Below are positions 245,026 to 248,000 of a stretch of DNA of 248,000 nucleotides, piece after piece; position 1 is the first letter of the stretch; the number at the start of each line of letters is the position of its first letter. The notes beneath the pieces are model-generated. The model searched no databases. It worked only from the letters and a program-made list of their open reading frames with translations, and was not told the origin of the DNA. This stretch comes from Andalucia godoyi And28 (lineage: Eukaryota > Protista > Jakobida), in NCBI GenBank assembly GCA_009859145.1, contig VRVR01000021.1, forward strand, positions 20,001 to 268,000. The letters are read 5' to 3'. The position numbers and the translations under genes were made by a program.

Positions 245026-245322
245026 TGTCCAACCTATCCCGGATGACGATTTTTAAATTCCAAAAAAAATTATATATATAAAAACAACGACGAACAATTC
245101 ACAAAAGCCAAAAACAAACCTCCAATATATATATATATATATAGTGTGTGTGTGTATGTTATTAATTTTTTTATAAATCGATTACTAAACAATTAGAACA
245201 AAAAAAATAGAGGTGGCGCCACCTGCGAGCTTTTTGCAAGCTCTTTGACCTGTGAAGTTGATTGATAATTGCGCAATGCTTTTTGTTCTGCGGGAAAAGC
245301 CCTACGCAGACGGATGTTCGAT

Positions 245323-245441
245323 AGGTACGGCCATACTAGAGTGAAAATACCGCATCCCGTCCGATTTGCGAAGTCAAGTGCTCTCAGGCTGGAGTAGTAC
245401 TGAGGTGGGTGACCACTCGGGAATTCCCAGTGCTGTACTTT
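245323..245441 (+). rRNA. 5S rRNA
   Basis: GGTACGGCCATAC..CCCGTCCGAT..AGTAGTACTGAGGTGGGTGACCACTCGGGAA..GCTGTACT; 5'/3' stem pairs; followed by a T-run. Confidence 0.95.
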
Positions 245442-245573
245442 TTGCGACTTTTTTGCTCTCTCTCTTTAATCATTATCTTTTTTATATTTTGATGTTTTGA
245501 ATTTTATTTTCTGGTTTTTCCCTCCGTTTCACCAAAAAATGAAAGGAAGAGGGGGGTTTTATAAAAAAATTTC

Positions 245574-245647
245574 TGGACGAGAGGGGAATCGAACCCCTGA
245601 CCTCTCGCATGCCATGCGAGCGCTGCTACCAGCTGAGCTACACGCCC
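245574..245647 (-). tRNA. tRNA-Ala, anticodon GGC
   Basis: GGGCGTG..CTCGC-ATGGCAT-GCGAG..GGTTCGATTCC..CTCGTCCA; G3:U70 Ala determinant; downstream T-run. Confidence 0.92.
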
Positions 245648-245915
245648 AAGATTCGAAAACTTGCGACCAGCTTGCCTTGAGGCTGGACTGGCTGTGCCTA
245701 AATAAATCGGACAACATCTTTGATTGGAAATTGGCATGTGATTTCCCCCGACCTTTCCGTTTCAAGAAGTCTTGAATCGATCAAGGATTCGCTGCAAAGA
245801 ACGTTCTTTCATTCGAACAACACTGGATATTTTTTCTTTTTCTTAAATTCGTTGTTAGGTAGGTTTCATCATACTGCGCCAATTCCGCCGGTTGTTTACA
245901 GATCGTCAATTTTGG

Positions 245916-248000
245916 ATGACTGGTTTTTCTCGTCTGTCTGATCAAGAAGATACGGGGGATGGCTGTGCAAACAATGCAGTGTCTGTGACGGATGGACCTC
246001 GCGTAGCAGACCCGACAAGGGAGCTGCCGCGGACGTCGGAGGCAAGGAGCAAAAGACTGGTTCGCGTGTCTACTCGAATCGCCATTGCTTGCCTGTTGAT
246101 TCTCGCAATTGTTGGATTGTCGTTTGCAGTGTTTGGTACTTCTGCTCAAAAGGAGGATGGGTCTTCCGTCTCAGAAGAAGACGACCGATCGACACTGTTG
246201 CCGTTGGTTGTGGAGAATGGGGCCGTTGCATCAGATTCTGCAGAGTGCTCTGCTATGGGATCACAGATTCTCCAAAAGGGTGGAAATGCTATGGACGCGG
246301 CTGTGACAACTGCTCTGTGTCTTGGACTGCATCAACCGTTTGCGTCTGGAATTGGCGGCGGCGGATATTTGATGTATCATCCTGCTGACGCATATTCTCT
246401 TTCCACTCAGGGTCGGGAAGATTTGCGTGAAAACAGCGTGGATCCGAAAGAAAGTGTTGTGTATGATTTCCGAGAGGTGGCTCCTGGTGCATGCACTCCA
246501 ACTATGTACATTGACGAGGATCCGGTCACAAGGACTGTTCCGTCTTCCGTGGAAGGAGGCAAGGCGATTTCGGTTCCTGGGGAGCTTGCAGGATTGTACC
246601 TTGCACATTCCGAACATGGGAGGCTTCCGTGGTATGATCTTGTCGAGCCCGTTGCTTCTTTGGCAGTCAACGGATATCGTGTGAACAAGCTGCTTGCGAT
246701 TCGGCTTCGGCAAGCAAGAGAAAAGATTATGAGGCATCCGTTGCTGGCGAATACGTATTGGAATAACGTCACAAACGATTTTGTAGAGGAAGGCTATCTT
246801 CACCGGCGTGTCGAATACGGCGAGACGCTGTTCAAGATTGCGAGGCATGGAGCGAGTGTGCTGTACGACGCAGGCGCTCCCGAGTCTGTAGCCAATACGT
246901 TGGTCGAAGACATCACTGGCAGCGATCACGCCATATTGACTGTCGATGATTTGAAGGAGTACAGCGTCGTCAAGCGAAAACCGCTGCGAGTGTGGTATCG
247001 GGGACTAGAGGTGTTGAATACTCCGCCGTCTTCTTCGGGTGGAGCTGCAATTGCGTTAGCACTGAATATTTTAGAGCGGTACTCCATGAGTGATTTGTAT
247101 GGATTTTTATCAAAGGAAGACGCTAATTTTAACTCCAAGAACGTGCGGCTCGGGAAAACGCCCTCTGATGATGATTTTGGGATGAGTGAACATGTCATGG
247201 TAGAGGCATTCAAGCATGCGTTCGCCCATCGCATGCTGCTGGGGGATCCTGCTTTTGTGAACCTGAATCTCACTTTGGAGGCTGCGCAGTCAAAGGAAGT
247301 GGCGGCTTGGACCAGGAGTGTCGGAGTCCATCTCAATCAAACACTGCTGGATCCGGAGACGTACTTGGATGTCCGCGACCTTGTGCTGCAGTATCTCAAG
247401 CTGGAAGACGAATCGAAACAGCAAACTGCTGCGGATGCAGGTGGTGTGCAAATGCCCCCTACGCTTGATGGGCTACAAGTTGGGTCTGCCGAGTTTGACG
247501 AATTGTCCCGGGCCTTGCGGTTTGAGAGGCAGTCGAGACAGCGAGGAGGATACGTGACCTCTAATGCTGGCACATCTCATTTTTCCATCGTTGACAAGGA
247601 CCGCAATGCAGTTGCCATGACGACGACTGTGAATCACTCGTTCGGTTCCAAGGTAGTTTCTGCTCGTACTGGCGTTGTGCTCAACAACCAGCAGGATGAT
247701 TTCTCAACCAAGAACGAGTCAAACGCATTTGGACTGCGGCCGTCGATTGCCAACTGGGTTGCCCCGAAAAAGCGCCCGCTGTCGAGCATGTCCCCAACAA
247801 TTGCTTTGAAAGATGGGAAACCGTACATTGTCGTGGGGGCCTCCGGCGGGCCGACGATCATCACGGCTGTTGTGCAGACGCTGTTGCTCATCGTGGATCG
247901 TGGCTACAACGCAAAGGAGGCTGTTGAGTCTCGGAGATTGCATCACCAATTGTTTCCCAATATGGTAACTGTGGAGAAATGGTTCCCGAACAAGCTGCAA
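245916..248000 (+). CDS. GGT: Gamma-glutamyltranspeptidase, type II membrane, runs off the window
   Basis: Missing from the ORF track; GAVASD..ILQKGGNAMDAA..SGIGGGG, TSHFSIVD, LNNQQDDF, RPLSSMSP. Confidence 0.93.
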   Translation, partial: MTGFSRLSDQEDTGDGCANNAVSVTDGPRVADPTRELPRTSEARSKRLVRVSTRIAIACLLILAIVGLSFAVFGTSAQKEDGSSVSEEDDRSTLLPLVVENGAVASDSAECSAMGSQILQKGGNAMDAAVTTALCLGLHQPFASGIGGGGYLMYHPADAYSLSTQGREDLRENSVDPKESVVYDFREVAPGACTPTMYIDEDPVTRTVPSSVEGGKAISVPGELAGLYLAHSEHGRLPWYDLVEPVASLAVNGYRVNKLLAIRLRQAREKIMRHPLLANTYWNNVTNDFVEEGYLHRRVEYGETLFKIARHGASVLYDAGAPESVANTLVEDITGSDHAILTVDDLKEYSVVKRKPLRVWYRGLEVLNTPPSSSGGAAIALALNILERYSMSDLYGFLSKEDANFNSKNVRLGKTPSDDDFGMSEHVMVEAFKHAFAHRMLLGDPAFVNLNLTLEAAQSKEVAAWTRSVGVHLNQTLLDPETYLDVRDLVLQYLKLEDESKQQTAADAGGVQMPPTLDGLQVGSAEFDELSRALRFERQSRQRGGYVTSNAGTSHFSIVDKDRNAVAMTTTVNHSFGSKVVSARTGVVLNNQQDDFSTKNESNAFGLRPSIANWVAPKKRPLSSMSPTIALKDGKPYIVVGASGGPTIITAVVQTLLLIVDRGYNAKEAVESRRLHHQLFPNMVTVEKWFPNKLQ

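Overview
Gene-dense eukaryotic nuclear DNA from a flagellated, mitochondriate, free-living protist. There are about 120 mostly intronless genes, a few short GT-AG introns, and microsatellite-rich intergenic spacers. The gene set (Rib72/EFHC, SHIPPO-repeat proteins, centrin, ERMES Mdm10, group-A glucokinase, bacteria-like enzymes) is compatible with a discoban such as a jakobid, but this is only an inference. One 5S rRNA gene and one unusual tRNA-Ala(GGC) lie near the right end. The main hidden signal is not in the ORF track: about 21 short dispersed elements in four families share a CCG at the left junction and CG/CCG at the right junction. Two families (Fz-A, Fz-D) plus one diverged relic carry broken TnpB/Fanzor2 coding remnants: an HTH motif, a CxxC..CxxC zinc finger and the DRDxNGARNI RuvC-III motif. 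These are followed by a right-end RNA fold (pseudoknot plus long hairpin, with compensatory changes) ending in AATGTAGGCG. This reads as an IS607/Fanzor2-type RNA-guided transposon system with dispersed omegaRNA loci. No intact Fanzor or TnpA ORF is in this window. All protein calls rest on motif recognition by eye; no database searches were run. Element boundaries and start codons are approximate where noted.
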